Source: Podarcis liolepis (lineage: Eukaryota). From it: DNA of 64,000 bases. How positions within the stretch are numbered: position 1 is the first letter of the stretch; each line of letters opens with the position of its first letter. The notes beneath the pieces are model-generated. The model saw nothing but the letters and a program-made list of their open reading frames with translations, made no database searches and was not told where the DNA came from. This document shows positions 1 to 13,575 of this stretch, one piece after another. Location of the stretch: assembly GCA_965112155.1 (NCBI GenBank), contig OZ218103.1; one strand, written 5' to 3'. Made by a program: the position numbers and the translations under genes.

Positions 1-199
1 GATTGACCAAGGCTGACTTAATGTATACTAGGCACCACATGGAGGATTAATAATAAGGCTGAAACAACATGCTTTTTATTTTTATTTTAATCCATGGGAA
101 ATGTATTTATGCTTCAAAAGTTTACTATATCATTTAAGCTTGGATGCCAATAAAGGACAGCGATATGATTATTATTTTTCAAGAAAGTGAAACAATTAC

Positions 200-327
200 C
201 CGCTCTAGGCGAGTCTGCCAGAGTTCTTGCCGCAGGTCCTGAATAGCTTCTGCCACTCTCTCCACTGTAAGCTCAGCAGAAAGGTCCTTCAGCTGAGATA
301 AAGACAGTCCCGTCCCATTATCCTGTT
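200..327 (-). CDS. CEP250: CEP250 coding exon 24 (EQDNGTG...VAEAIQDLRQELWQTRLER)
   Basis: 128 nt, AG/GT, similar to human LSAEAVASALHKLHQDLWKT. Confidence 0.88.
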
Positions 328-2195
328 CTGAAGAAATAAACCTCCTCTGTAACAGTGTCTCGCTGAAGGGTTGTTAGGCAAGATATAGAAAATTCTAGGA
401 TTATTTTTCATTGAAGGCAGAACTAGATGTTGCAAGAGATATGGAGCTGCTGCTACTGTCCACTTTTTCTTGTAATGCAAGACCTCTTCAGTGCAAGATA
501 AGGGTGGGGAGATGGAAGAGATGCATGACATAGTACCAATAATGTATGACACTGCTTATTCCAAGAAAAATATAGCAAAAAGACACAGAGGATTCCTATT
601 TATTGCATTTGTAGTATCCCCGAGCACACTTCTGTGGTGGGGAGATCCACATGACCTTGTGCTTGAATTGTATGCATTCCAGTCCATCTGCCCCCTACCC
701 TGTCACCCTTGTTAAAGCAGTTTCTCCCTAACTTGGAAGAATCGAAGTATTACTGTTAAGTCCAGTATAAATGCGAAAACGCTGAAGATGCGGGCTGGCT
801 GTTTCAGAGCAAAGCTATTCCATTTTTGAATGTAGTTTCTGACACATCATATGGCATTTATTGAGGTGAGCTCTATAGCCACTTCTGCCTGGTTCCAGTT
901 TGGCACATCTGAGCCATTTTATTTCCAGAACAGCCACATCTGTTGCTTTTACTTTGAAAGGAAGGAGAAAGAGATGGCAATTCTGCTGTGCATAAGCTGG
1001 GCTTGTTGACAAGGTGCAAGTCCCATCCAGTTATTATTAAAAAAAAGCCCAACTCTGCAGGTGCAGAAAGAGAGATGTACTACGAAATGTATGGGCAATT
1101 GTACAACTGTATGACAAACATTTCCTGTGGCTGGATTACAAAAATCAGACCCTGCTCCATACTTTCTGTGCATGCTCAGTGAGGTGCAGTAGTGAGCAAG
1201 AATCACCAAGAACAAGATAGGCACTTTCAGATATGCACCACCTACTGATGCGGATGGAATACCATAGGTGTAAAAACAAAAACTTTGGAAAGGTGGGGGT
1301 GGTGCCACGCTACCCTGTATTCTGACAAAAGTGGAATGAGAAGGGAAAGAAATCAGCAGAGGGGTTCCATGTGGAAGTACCCACAAAGCAACAGCTTCAT
1401 AGCTCTTGAAAAGTTTGACCTCACAGGGTAATTATCATACCCAGTGCATTATCTACACAGTCCACAAGATGTCAGGGCTGTCACACAAACAGGAATCCAA
1501 GGTATCAGTGTGATTTGTAGCTAGGCCCAAGACTTGTCACTATGACTTGTTTTCAGCAATATTCCACAGAAAAATGATAGTGTTCCCATCCCATCTAATC
1601 TACACACCTTGGCCAGTCTCACCACCCCAATCTTCTGTGTCTGATTCAACTCTCAGGACACAGTTGACACTGCTCTGTCATTTGATGGCTCTTAACTGTT
1701 TGGCACAGTTGAGTTTTCCTTCTACACAAAACCTTGTACCATCCCTACAAGGAAGTGGCCTCAAGACTTTTGGTGCTCTCAGTCAGCTCTGCCTCCAACA
1801 GCAGCCTGTTCTTTCCTCTGGGCTATCCCAACTAATCTCAGGAAAGATCAATTCCATCCTGTATACCTGAGACAGCCAATGGCTTGACATGTGCCACATG
1901 CTGGCAGGGGCTGCTTAAATAAGCAATTTATACCACCGCTATTGAAAGGAGCAAGGTGTCACTCACTATCTTAGCTTTAGGCAAAGATGGCAACATTAGG
2001 GCACTTTGCCACTCCATTTGAAGTTGAATCAACGTGAAAAGGTGTGCCATTTCAAGACATCATATTAGAAAATAAGTAATAAGCACCAAAGCACACACAA
2101 AAAGGTACCTTCCCCTATTGCAGAGTTCTGGCTCTGTCACATGTTCAACAATTTACTTGCAAAGGACATAATACTAGTCCACTTATTAGACTCAC

Positions 2196-2553
2196 CTCTT
2201 GCACTGAACAATGAGCTTCGAATAGCTTTGTCTCCTCTCCCTCCATGCTCCAGCTTTGCCTCGGGACTTTTGCACAGCATGTACTGCAGAACCGAGTGTA
2301 GCTTAGTCAAGTGAGACTGTGCCTCCCAACGGGCAGAACAAGCACGCTGACATTCCGATGCCAATGCCACTGCCCGGCTCTCTGTGCTGCTCAGGCTCAG
2401 GCGGAGCTGAGATACTTCACCTTCCAGCATTTTCATGGAGTCCTTCAAAGACTGCTCACTAGCACGGGACTCTTCCAGGTTCCGGGCGAGCTGCTCCTTG
2501 TGAGCTACCAAGGCAGCCTCCTTCTCTAGCACAATTTCCCTGAGGGATTGTAT
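2196..2553 (-). CDS. CEP250: CEP250 coding exon 23 (IQSLREIVLEKEAAL...SLFSAR)
   Basis: 358 nt, AG/GT. Confidence 0.9.
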
Positions 2554-2753
2554 CTGGGGGAAAGCAACACAGCTTGCAATGATTTTGGAATGGTGGACTA
2601 GAATGCAAAGAAGTTATGAAGTTAGAATGCAAAGAAGTTTGGTGAATAATCAACCAAACAAAGAAGAGAAGCTGGATATAATTTGCATAGAAAGGAGATA
2701 AGGATATAATTTGCTTGTGAAAAGGACCAGGCATCAGGTATTAATATGAGTTC

Positions 2754-2756
<3 letters not shown>

Positions 2757-2784
<28 letters not shown>
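2757..2784. repeat. (CA)n microsatellite
   Basis: Direct read. Confidence 0.95.
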
Positions 2785-2939
2785 GTATATTTGGAAGCCA
2801 GTGTGTTATGGAAAAGAAGCCATGTTTGGGAGGGGGGCTATATAACAGAAACACCATGTGAAGCAGATGGGGGCAGGCAGTAGGGCAGAAAAATAAAAAG
2901 CAGCATTGCACTCTGTATTGAGTTTTTTTCAGGTAATAC

Positions 2940-3099
2940 CTGTCTAGTGAGCTCCTGCTCTTCTCGGCTATGCTCAGCAAGCAGCTGCTCTGCTTGCTGT
3001 AGTGCAGTATTCAATTTGGTGACTTCACCCTGGTGAGCACTATCACTGTCTTGCAGTCTCTTGAGCCTGAGTTCCTTCTCCTCCAAGGATGCAGCCAAA
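2940..3099 (-). CDS. CEP250: CEP250 coding exon 22 (LAASLEEKELRL...QELTRQ)
   Basis: 160 nt, AG/GT. Confidence 0.88.
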
Positions 3100-3854
3100 C
3101 TGAAACCGGAAAAAAGCAGGACTTCTATTACAGAATGAAAAAAAAACAACCCGATGCAAGCAACTACAAGACTTGGCTTTTCACCTTGGTTCTCTTACAT
3201 GACACACTTATGAAAGACTTGGCTATGGCAAACAAACAGTGTGCCAACATATGTGCACAAGACACTGCAATTATTAAAAAATAAATAAATGATAATCTCA
3301 AGTGCAGACTATATATCTTGTATGTATCATTTCTATGTAATGGGACAAAAAGGGGGATTTAAGTGAAAAGGAGGCATTCCAGTTACAATCTTCATAAATG
3401 GGGTGGAGAGCTGGGGCATAGTGTTGGGGGGGCTGGGGACAATGGCCCTGGGTGCATTTTTCTGGGGGTGCTGCTCACACCGCCCTGTCAGCCCTGCACT
3501 CCTTTGTGAGGCTGGGATATGATTCACCAGGCAAGCCATTCAGATCAGATCCCTGCATCGCAATGCAGCTCAGAGCTGGCAGGGTGGTGTGAGAAAGACA
3601 CAACCGCCGTGCACTATTTGATCCCAGCCAAGGCTGGGATTTTAGGAGGACCCCTTTTTGCCAAAAGTTCCAGATCAGGCAATCTGAAGTGAGTAGACAA
3701 TTAATGCCCAGTATTTCTCCAAGAGAAGCTCTGAAAAGTGCAGTTTCTGAAAATTTATGTATACATACCTAACTGTTTAGACACCGGGTGTGTGGAGGTG
3801 AGATAGCTATTTGAGACAATTAGTCCACCCATAAATTATGAAAGTTGGGCTCAC

Positions 3855-4693
3855 CTGGTGTGTTTCTGCTCCAAAGCATGCAATGCTGCTTTAAGATCTG
3901 AATTCTGATGTTCAATTTCCTCCCACAGAGTCCGTTCCTTCCTCATCTTCTGTAGAGCAGTGCTCTGCTGTTCCATCTCCTCCTGCTTTGCCTGCAGCTC
4001 CATGGTCCGACATTGCAACTCCTCTTGCCGGGTATGGAGAAGGGCCTGCAAATCTGAATTCTGATGTTCAACTTTCTCTTTCCAACTCTGCAACTCTAAA
4101 TAACGTTGTTCTGCCTCCTCCCAACGGTTCTGACGCACCACACTCTCATGTTCCGCTTCCTCCTGCTGTCTCTGGAGCACAGCCTTCAGCTGCGCATTCT
4201 GACGTTCTACCTCCTCTTTTTGGTGCCGCAGCTCTATGTTCTGATTTTGCAGTTGCTTATTTTGACATTTTGCCTCCTCCCACTGCCTCTGGAGTGCAGA
4301 ATGCTGCTCTGAACTCTGGCGCTTTGCCTTCTCCCACTGGCTCTGCTCCCTTTCCAGGGCCTGAACTGTGGCACGTTGGTGCTCAATTTCTTCCTGCTTG
4401 CTTTGCAGCTCTCTGTTCAGATGCTGTTCTTCCTCCCACTGACTTTGCAGCATATTATGCAGTTCTGTGTTTCTGTGCTCCATCTCTTCTTTCTGATTCT
4501 GCAGCTCCATGTTTTGATGTTCTCTCTCTTCTCGAAGTTTTCTTTCTGCTTCCATCATCTTCTGGAGGTGTGCAACTTCCAATGCTTTCTGTCTGGACAA
4601 CTCTTGTATGTCACTTAAATGCTGCTGCGCCTCCTGGCTAATCAAACGGCAAGAATCTTTTTCTGTCAGTAGTTGTGACTGCAACTCTTGTAC
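3855..4693 (-). CDS. CEP250: CEP250 coding exon 21, repeat-expanded (VQELQSQLLTEKDSCRL...LEQKHT)
   Basis: 839 nt open frame, acceptor ttctag, donor GTGAGC; phases 0/2 fit neighbours. Confidence 0.85.
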
Positions 4694-5201
4694 CTAGAAA
4701 TAGACAGAACAGCAAAGATGCAGCAGTTACAGTATCCACTTATTTTAGTACACATGAGGAGATAATATAGATACAAGCATCTTATTTCAAGAAACAGAGT
4801 TTCATGTCAATTCAAACATCCACTTTAACAGAATGCAGTTTTTTATTTGCTTCATAAACCAAGCCAGACTTTTTTATAAGCATGATAGAGACATTGCCCC
4901 ATTTGAGTAACATGAAAGAAACAGAAAACATTTTTAGCATGCCTATGACTTCTTATAGAGAACCAAACACATAGCTTTTCTTGGAGTATTGCATCAAAAT
5001 TTTTCCAAAACTGTTTCAAATAATGGCTTTTTGGTTTCCCTAGTACTTCAAGTAATTTTCCACGATGGTTTGGGAAAGGTTCCCATAACTTAGTTTTACC
5101 CCACAAAGAGATTTCCATTTCTACTTGTTGAAGCAGCTTGTGAAAAACCACATATTTGGCACTGAACGAAATGCTTAGAACATAGTTTTAAGTAAAATCA
5201 C

Positions 5202-5345
5202 CTGACTTTGCAAAGAGTCTCGTTGTTTACGGAGAAAGTTGATTTCTTCTTTGAGAGACTTGAGCTCCTCCTTGTACTTCTTTTCTAGTGCTTCTATAGT
5301 ACTTTGGGCCTCCTTCAGCTTAGCTTCCAAACCTTGCAAAGTATC
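5202..5345 (-). CDS. CEP250: CEP250 coding exon 20 (DTLQGLEAKL...DSLQSQ)
   Basis: 144 nt, AG/GT. Confidence 0.9.
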
Positions 5346-6279
5346 CTGCACTCCCCACCCGGCCAAAAAAGTTGAGTTATTTTCCAAGGTTCAGGTTTGA
5401 GAACTATTTTATAATGTGCAATTATAATACATGTACAGCAACTGCTGCACAAGATAAAATGATCTACATCTCACAACAGTCAGGCCACAAATCTTGTGGG
5501 ATGAAGACCTAGTACTTCAGTCAATAAATTACAATAAATGACAATAAGATGATGAACAATTATGAAACAGACATAAAATGCAAATTTCAATTTAGCATAT
5601 TAACAATCATACCAAGTATCTAGGGGAAATGTAGGGCATAATTAAGGATTATACTCTACAAAGAGAAATGGGGTTCATGAGGAGCATGCAATGAAAGATA
5701 AAATCTTTGCACTGACATCAAAATGAACTCTAAAAAAAGAACAAGGTGGCAGATTTTGGATATATCTTACTCAAATTATACTGAAAAAATGAAGGGAGAA
5801 CAAGAAAAAGCTGCAAGTAGCTTCATTTATGGTTTTGTCTAAAACCATTTGGATAAACTTTTGTGTAAGGATTTCATAAATGCCTTAGTTACCAAACGTA
5901 AGCCAAAATTTGATAGGTGCTAATAAGATGCAATTTTGCACTAGAATTAGAACCCATCTCCTTGCTTTTGGTTCTATCACATGTCACAACTTTGGAAAAA
6001 TGCAGGAACTGTCTGAACCTTAATTAACAGGCATTCAACAAGCAGTTCTTCAAAAATGAAGCATTATCAAATGTGGTTGGGTTGGGCAAGAGTTCTGAAA
6101 TCAATTCTATGCACATAGTCCTAGGAAAACCTTTCACACACCATGTAATTGGTCTAAACTATCCATTCATTGAGCCAACTTTCTATCATGTTAATATGCT
6201 TTATTTCATATTTGCGTCATAGCTTTCTGCTGGATTCTTGGTAGATGTCATAAGCTTTTCTGCTCTGGTCTACTCCTAC

Positions 6280-6414
6280 ATGCTCCCTCTCTTGGTTCTT
6301 CTTTCTTTCCTGACGGAGATAATCTAGCTGCTGGCAAGTACTAGTGAGTTCCTGTTTTGTTTGGAGGTGAAGCTCTTGTAATGATTTCTTCTCATTCTCT
6401 TTTTCTAGCAGCAC
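6280..6414 (-). CDS. CEP250: CEP250 coding exon 19 (VLLEKENEKKSL...QEREH)
   Basis: 135 nt, AG/GT. Confidence 0.88.
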
Positions 6415-6479
6415 CTAGATATTCGCAAGCAGAGAATTTAAAACATTCCAGCTGAACTCCTAACTGATCAAAAGATTGG

Positions 6480-6630
6480 AGCAGGTCCCCTGGGAGGAAA
6501 GATTACAGAAAATGGGGGCTTTTTAGTTAGAGAAAAGGTGAATAATGATGACATGCTACAGATGCATAAAATTATGCATGGTGCAGTATAAGTGGATAGA
6601 GAAAAGCTTTTTTCCTTCTCACATAATACC
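6480..6630 (+). mobile_element. Old CR1-type LINE 3' fragment
   Basis: Resembles CR1 ORF2 C-terminal DNA; degenerate. Confidence 0.5.
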
Positions 6631-6976
6631 TAAAATACATCATTTCTCATACAACACCTAAGCAATCCATATAATACCTTTAGGTATGGACATAGCTAAG
6701 GGGAGCAGTTGCCTCCCTCTAACAAGTAAATAAAAAAAAATACTTAACTATCTGAGGTTATCCCCCAACATAAAGCCTGCCTCCCCAACATAAAACCTGA
6801 CGACACCCATGCTTTTAGGATACCTAAAAGATCGTCTCATCCCTTATATACAAAATCCAATCACTATGCTCTGCAGGAGACAGTTTCCTGCAGATACCAT
6901 TCCATCAGAAGGTTCCAAAAGAGAAAGGCAGGAGTGGGGGGATGTCTCTAGGTCAAAAGCACCTATCAAACTTTAC

Positions 6977-7156
6977 CTCTTGCTTGGCATTTTCAGCCTT
7001 AATGAGCTCGTCTTCCATATGTGTTTTTACAGCAACGACCTCCTGTTGTAGTTCCAGCAGCTTCCTCTCATAGACACTTTCACTCTCTTCCTTTTCCTTG
7101 ACTATGCGCTCCAACACCTGCTCCAGTTCTAAACGGTGGCGTTCTCGTTCACCTTC
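6977..7156 (-). CDS. CEP250: CEP250 coding exon 18 (EGERERHRLEL...ENAKQE)
   Basis: 180 nt, AG/GT. Confidence 0.9.
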
Positions 7157-8858
7157 CTGGAAGCATTTCAGCCAATTCCAATAAATGAACAAAAAGAAAG
7201 GAAAAAACAGTCTCGCTTCTAGCCACTGATGTAACGTTTACTACTTACCTTAGCAGATGCTGTGTATAGTGTTGAGTTTTGCTTCTGGGAAGGATATTTA
7301 TCACACTTTGCTCTGAGAGTAATAATTATCACCTATGGGTACTAAATGAAGGTTTCCCATTAGTCACTGGCCTATGGAACTGGCAGACTGTTCAACTGGA
7401 ATGCCAGTCCTCCTTTCTCTGTGCGGCCATGCCAAAAGGGTGACTGTTTACAAGCAGGATCTGCTTGAGCTCCTAGGGGTTTCAAAGACTGGGAAATTTG
7501 GTGCTTGTGGCTGCAGACATCAGCTGCTGTTCTCCTAACCACTGGATGTGGCATAAGCTATGCCAGAGGCACTGTGAGCTCTTCTTGGCAGCATTTTGTG
7601 CCTTTTATGTGTGTGTATGAGGTGGGGAACATGGAATGGATTAAGTAATATCATGCTTTTTCCAGTTTCCAAATGTTACTTGGTGCTTTCCAAGCCTAGC
7701 TAATATGAAAGAGTCATGAGTAACATTGCAATAGATGGGTGTGGAGAGATGTTAGGGACTTTGTTGCAACAGAATATTTTCTCCATTTTCTGCTGCTGTT
7801 ATATGTTTGGTGTTGAGGAAAGCTAGAATACAAAATAGCTAGGCGCCTGTGTAAGGTTGGATGTAGCGGAAGCCAAATTAGTTGTACCACGAGGTTGCCA
7901 GGCACAGATTTTTCCTGAACTGATCAATGCCAGAAGACTGGGAGATTTTAGACTAAAGTAAAAATTATATGCAACAATAATACAAGCACCTCATGAATTT
8001 GTTTTATATTGAAAAACGCACTAGAAGTAAAAAACAACAACAACAACAACAAAGAGTAAAAATTTTGGGCAACGTTTTAGACGTGACATATCATGCAACT
8101 GGAGGCACAAATGCACACTCACAACTACTCCAGATCCATTTAACAAGGCAGCATACTATTATAGCCATAACACTAACTACGATGTAGTGGATAGTATAAG
8201 GAAGCTATCCACCCCACCCCTCCATTCACTACAACATGGCCTATGTGCATGTCAGGTATTCAGAGCTCTTCACACACTTTAATAGCATTATATCACTAAT
8301 ATTTTATCAGCTAAGGCAGAGACAGCATCCTGATACAGATGTATAAGAGAACCAGAGTTTAGAGATCAAGACACTGGACCATTATGTGTACAAAACACCT
8401 CTCTGCACCCTCTGCTAAGGTTTGCTGCAACGGGAAATTCCTGGCAATCTAAGGTAAGATTCTTATTTCTGTGTCCATCAAAACCTGGCTTCCCCACCTT
8501 TCTTCCCCCTGCATCTGTCCCACACCAATTCTACTCCAGAGTGTTGGGGGTTCGCAGAACAGATTTAGAGAGTGCACAGGGGGAGGAGAGGGGGGAGCAC
8601 TTGATTGTGCACAGAGAAATCCTTGAGCTGACAAACAATTCACCTTAGCATTATGCTGAAAACAACCCATCCAAAGCAAGGTAGTTTAGAAGACTAATAG
8701 TTTAATTAGTACAAGGCATAACAGTTGAATGGAAAAGTAAGTCTTGGTAATCATCTGGCATTTTGAGCCACTTTATTAATTCTATCTTCTGCTCAATTTC
8801 CCACCCCCCAAAAAATATATATATCATGAATTAAAGAGGTGACCATATGGTTGCTTAC

Positions 8859-9028
8859 CAACTCTTGACGTAGTGTATTAACTTCCTCCTTATGTACAAT
8901 TTGACAGTGGTCAAGCATTTCTTGGTACTTCTGCTCGGCCTGCAAGAGCTGTTGTGCTTTTTCTTCCTTTTCTTGCTTAAATTTTGACTTTTCAGCTTCC
9001 AGTTCAGTGCAAAGGCATCTCACCTCTC
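8859..9028 (-). CDS. CEP250: CEP250 coding exon 17 (GEVRCLCTELEAEK...LRQEL)
   Basis: 170 nt, AG/GT. Confidence 0.92.
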
Positions 9029-9164
9029 CTGTGAGAATAAACAAAGAGCAGGAGTCAGAATGTATGAGGCATAACAGCTTATTTGACCACTGGCCTTTTA
9101 TCACATGAAGGGAGGGTGCTCTGTTGATACTACCTTTTGCTGGAAGCCTTTGGAAACATCTTAC

Positions 9165-9292
9165 CCTGTATCACTTCTTTGGCCTGGTTGATTGCCTGGA
9201 TTTTCATTTCCAGTTGACCCTTGGTAACTTCCAGGTCAGACACCTGCAGCTGAGCTTGAAGGAGGCTTGATTCCAGAAGATCCTTCGTTGAT
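9165..9292 (-). CDS. CEP250: CEP250 coding exon 16 (STKDLLESSLLQAQ...AKEVIQ)
   Basis: 128 nt, AG/GT. Confidence 0.92.
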
Positions 9293-9800
9293 CTACAAAT
9301 TACATATACAGAATTTGTGGGACTTTAATCTCTTGCTCATGACATGATAAATGTAATCCCAGCAAAGCCAGATTGAGTACCCTGGAAACACTATGAACAA
9401 AAGGAGGTCATTCATTTGTAGCAGTGCACCAGTCAGCCTCTAAATATACAGACAATAAGGACAACAATCACAGGCCATTTGTCATGCTGATACAAGAAAC
9501 AATGTCTGGAAGAACAGAAATACTATTAAGTGTAAGTTTTGCAGCTTTATGGAAAACAGACCTGTCAAACTGTGTACAGGATTTCAAACTTGGGCTTGAC
9601 TTAAACATTTTTCCTGTTGTGCATTTGTTGAATTTCTTTCTGCAGATGTGGAACTACTTCTGCCACATGGTTGAACAGCCAAGACACAAAAAGCTGCATA
9701 GTCCTCTGATGGAAAGTCATCTCTCAGAATCCAGAGCTACAATGATTGCATTAAATAATTATTCAAATAGGCAAGGTTCTTCCATTCGTCAGCCTCTTAC

Positions 9801-9994
9801 CTGTACTCTGCCACTTGCTCTGAAAAACTCCACCTCTCTCGTTCAACAGCCCCTAGTCGTACTTCCAATGCGGCTTTCTCACGCATTAATGATTCCTTTT
9901 CTTTGGACGTCTTGGCCAGCACCTCTCCAAGACGACTTGACTCCTGATGTGCATGCTCCAAATCAGTACTAGATGTCTCATGCTGGTGATGAGC
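9801..9994 (-). CDS. CEP250: CEP250 coding exon 15 (AHHQHETSS...EKAALEVRLGAVERER...)
   Basis: 194 nt, AG/GT. Confidence 0.92.
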
Positions 9995-10467
9995 CTATGA
10001 AGGAGAAAGAAAATCAATTTATAGCAAAAGGCAAAGCTCTGTCACTTTAAGCAATAATGCACTGTAAAAAGAAATAGATCTATAGCTTCTTTTGAAGGAT
10101 AGAAAATTGTTCTCACAGAAAAGATGGACCTGCCTAACTGCATATTACAAAGAAAAATGGATCTGTTACAGATGGACTGCTATGGAGAAGTTTGATTATC
10201 TATACACAGGAGAGAATCAAAGTACAAAATATATAATTGCCTGAAGGCCACCGCACTTAATGTTTTACTGTGACACTTCACCAGTGGCCAGATTTTAGAA
10301 AGAATGTGTATTGGAAAAGAAGAAAATCTAGATGAGTGTTACAATGGCTGCAAAACATACTTTACCCAGAAACACTTATGGAGTACAAATAAGATTGAAA
10401 AGATTGTCTTATGCAAGAATAGTAAAATGAACTTTGTGATGAGCAGCACTAGCTACTGAAAAGATTC

Positions 10468-10600
10468 CTAGAATCATAGAATTGTAGAGTTGGACTCATC
10501 TAGTCCAACCCCCTGCAATGCAGGAATATGCAGCTGTCATATATGGAGATTAAACCTGCAACCTTGGTGTTATCAGCACCACCTTCAAACTAACTGAGCT
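10468..10600 (-). mobile_element. tRNA-head SINE with CR1-like (tagaatca) tail, degenerate
   Basis: tagaatcatagaat tail and tRNA-like head (tagctcagttag) on minus strand. Confidence 0.55.
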
Positions 10601-10712
10601 ATTCACTGTTCAAGCAAAATTCCATAATCTAACTGAACCCAATTTCAGAAGCACAACACTGCTGCTGCCCAATGTCCATGCAGGATAACTCAAGTCTGCT
10701 GCTAACACTCAC

Positions 10713-10943
10713 CTGGCTCAGCTTCTCACAAGTCTCTTTCTGTTCATCTCTCAGTACTTTTAACTCTTCCTGTAAACTTTCCTGCATTCCCTCAGCCTTG
10801 TGTAGCAACTGCTGTAACCGAGTCTTGTCTGCACTTAGTTCCTCATTTGTTCTCGCCATCTGGTTGAGCTGTTTCTGTGAAGAGGTCCTTAGTCTTTCCA
10901 GGTGATCAACTTTGTCCAAAAGTGCCTGTTTTTCCTGCTCCAT
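10713..10943 (-). CDS. CEP250: CEP250 coding exon 14 (MEQEKQALL...CEKLSQ)
   Basis: 231 nt, AG/GT. Confidence 0.9.
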
Positions 10944-11149
10944 CTACATTTAAGGAAATGGAAGCAACTGATAAAAGAGCAGCCTTCAATGGGCATATTC
11001 TGGCATAAAGACCAGAGGTACCCCTTTGTCTGGAAAAGCTATACAACAAACTTCTCCCACAATTGGATGGTAAACGCTCAAGTCATTCACTTCATCAGTA
11101 TCACAGAAATTTGCAAACAAGGGACAAATTGTTTTAAAATGTTTTATAG

Positions 11150-11945
11150 CTTATAAATCTATCGTTAATTTTTAAACATCAAAATCTTCCAATTTGAAGA
11201 CTAGATGGGAAAGACTTAAAAGAAATTTATTATGTTTTATGGGAAAGAATGTGAGAAAATATTTCCTTTTTGAGCTAATTCTGCTCGTGTACGAGAAAAC
11301 ATCTTAAAGCTAACCCACAGATGGTACTAGCACTCCACGTTACTAAGTAAAATATGCAAAAATACCTTTCTACAATGTTGGAGAAAGTGTGGGGATAAAG
11401 GAACATTTGTACACATGTGGTGAAAATGCCACAGATTAAAAACTTCTAGTTAAGGGTATTTTAGGAAATGGAACAAATTACTTTTAAATTGATTAGATGT
11501 GAAAATGGCACTATTTCAATATCTGCAGCTGAAGCAAATTATCTTTGATACAAAGACTTAATTATGCATATTATAACTGCAGCACTTCTTGCTCTTGCAA
11601 GGCACTGGAGGATATGGAATGCAAACATATGAAATTTGGTATGCTTATTGTTTGGGCCTTTATCTTGATGGGAAGGTTGAGAGATAAAGTACAAGAAAGA
11701 CGACAACACAAGAATCTACAAAAGTTTTACAAAATGTGGTCCACTTTTACTTCATTTGCAATGAAGAAAAAACATGTGTATAGGCCATGGGAACTTGTGG
11801 AACAACATTTTTTAAATTGACAGCTATTGAATTTATGTTTCAGTTTATTACTACTAATAAAGCTGGACATAGATGGGGTTGTTATGGGGGGAACTGTAAT
11901 TGATTGTATGATTGTTTCTATATTCAAAATTTATTAATTTTTTTT
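11150..11945 (+). mobile_element. Degenerate L1-clade LINE 3' fragment
   Basis: Broken frame encoding ENILKLTHRWY...CWR..GTFVHMW, similar to the C-terminus of the L1 at 17.6-17.7 kb. Confidence 0.7.
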
Positions 11946-11993
11946 TTTAAACAGCAGCCTTCCTTTCCCCCGTTCTGAATAAAATGCAACCTA

Positions 11994-12220
11994 GGTAAAG
12001 GTAAAGGGACCCCTGACCATTAAGTCCAGTCGTAAGTCCAGTCATCTCGCTTTATTGGCCGAGGGAGCTGGCGTTTGTCCACAGACAGCTTCCAGGTCAT
12101 GCGGCCAGCATGACTAAGCCACTTCTGGCGAACCAGAACAGCACACAGAAACGCCGTTTACCTTCCCACTGGAGTGGTACCTATTTATCTACTTGTACTT
12201 TGACGTGCTTTCGAACTGCT
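11994..12220 (-). mobile_element. Sauria SINE, 5'-truncated
   Basis: (ACCTTT)n tail; TSD aaaatgcaaccta at 11981-11993 and 12221-12233. Confidence 0.9.
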
Positions 12221-12310
12221 AAAAATGCAACCTACATATTAGCAAATTACTTACATATATTTTGTAGGCTGCACAGAATAAGAATAGTTCAGCTGCAACA
12301 GTCTTCTTAC

Positions 12311-12457
12311 CTTCAAGAGAAGTTGATTCAAACTCACTTTGTCCAATGCTAGAGCTTCATTAAGGGCACTCATCTTTGCAACTGCATCATGAAGGTGAGC
12401 AGTTTCTGCTTTGAGCTTATTGTGTGCACCAGTTAACTTTGCAAAGGACTGCTCAGC
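12311..12457 (-). CDS. CEP250: CEP250 coding exon 13 (AEQSFAKL...LNEALALDKVSLNQLLLK)
   Basis: 147 nt, AG/GT. Confidence 0.93.
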
Positions 12458-13575
12458 CTTGTGGACCCAAAAACACAAAACAAAGAAACACCAGTCAATA
12501 AAAGCAGAATAAGACTTGCCCCTAACTTTGTTAACTTACAATAAACCATATTTTATCATGCTGTCCAAATGGACTTTCCTGCAGCAACCTCTTGCACTCC
12601 CTAAAAGGTTGTCCCTGAAGGTGAGGAGACACCTCCGCCCGAATAGTATGCAAGGTTTACAGCTGGATATTTCAGATTCCCCATTGAGGAAAGTCAAATG
12701 CCTCCCACTCACCAAAGATCAAAGATTCACTCTCTGAAGCCATTCAAGGCAATGTGTCTTGTACTAGTCACAGTTAGAATACAGCCTTTGAAATTAATGG
12801 ACATAGCTAACTTAGAACAATTAATTTCAATGGCAGCACTCGAGTAAAACTTAAGATACATACATATTTTTTAAGATAACTTCTATCCCCAATGCCTCCC
12901 TGTGGCATGGAACCTTCACTGAGGGTTCTAATGGGGAAAAGACTAGATTAATATCTGTTGGATTATTTAGAATATACCCTCTTAATCTTGCATTATGTCA
13001 CTGGTTTTCCATCAGTATGTCTCCTTTTCTTCCTTAAATAGAAACCCAATGACTTTACTAATGTATGAGTATGTAGCTTAAATGCCATGAAAAAACCACT
13101 ATTCTGATTGATCATGAAAAAACGAATCCAAATATGCATGTTTATGTTTTTTTAAAAAAAAATCTCTGAGCCAGTCACAAGGATCACATGCTTGTGTCAG
13201 AAACACGTTCCAATTGCCAGATATATATATATTTCTTTTTTTAGTACAACCAGAACACTTCTGAGTAGAAATCTTTAGGACCATTTTACTTAGACTGGAA
13301 CTAGACATTACACATTATTTGTTGAACTTCCTCCTTTTTTCTTTTCTTTTCAAAATCAAATGCAGTCCAAGAAGTTCTGATTTTCAGTGGAAGAATGGCT
13401 GCAATGGAGCCAGGCAGGAGAGAAGAAGGAAAGTTGCAGCTGTTCCTGTTTTTAGCCTCCCAAAATTAATCAAAGGTAAGTTATAAAGGATTGCCCCACA
13501 TGCATAAATTTAAGCCATATAGCCAATATACATGCACTAATGTCAAATGCTGCTACAATGTTGTTTCTCCATAAC

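Noticed and set aside
3988-4641. 217-aa and other + strand ORFs
   Set aside because: Antisense shadows of the repetitive CEP250 exon
9424-9972. 182-aa + strand ORF
   Set aside because: Non-ATG start, antisense to CEP250 exon 15, no recognisable domain
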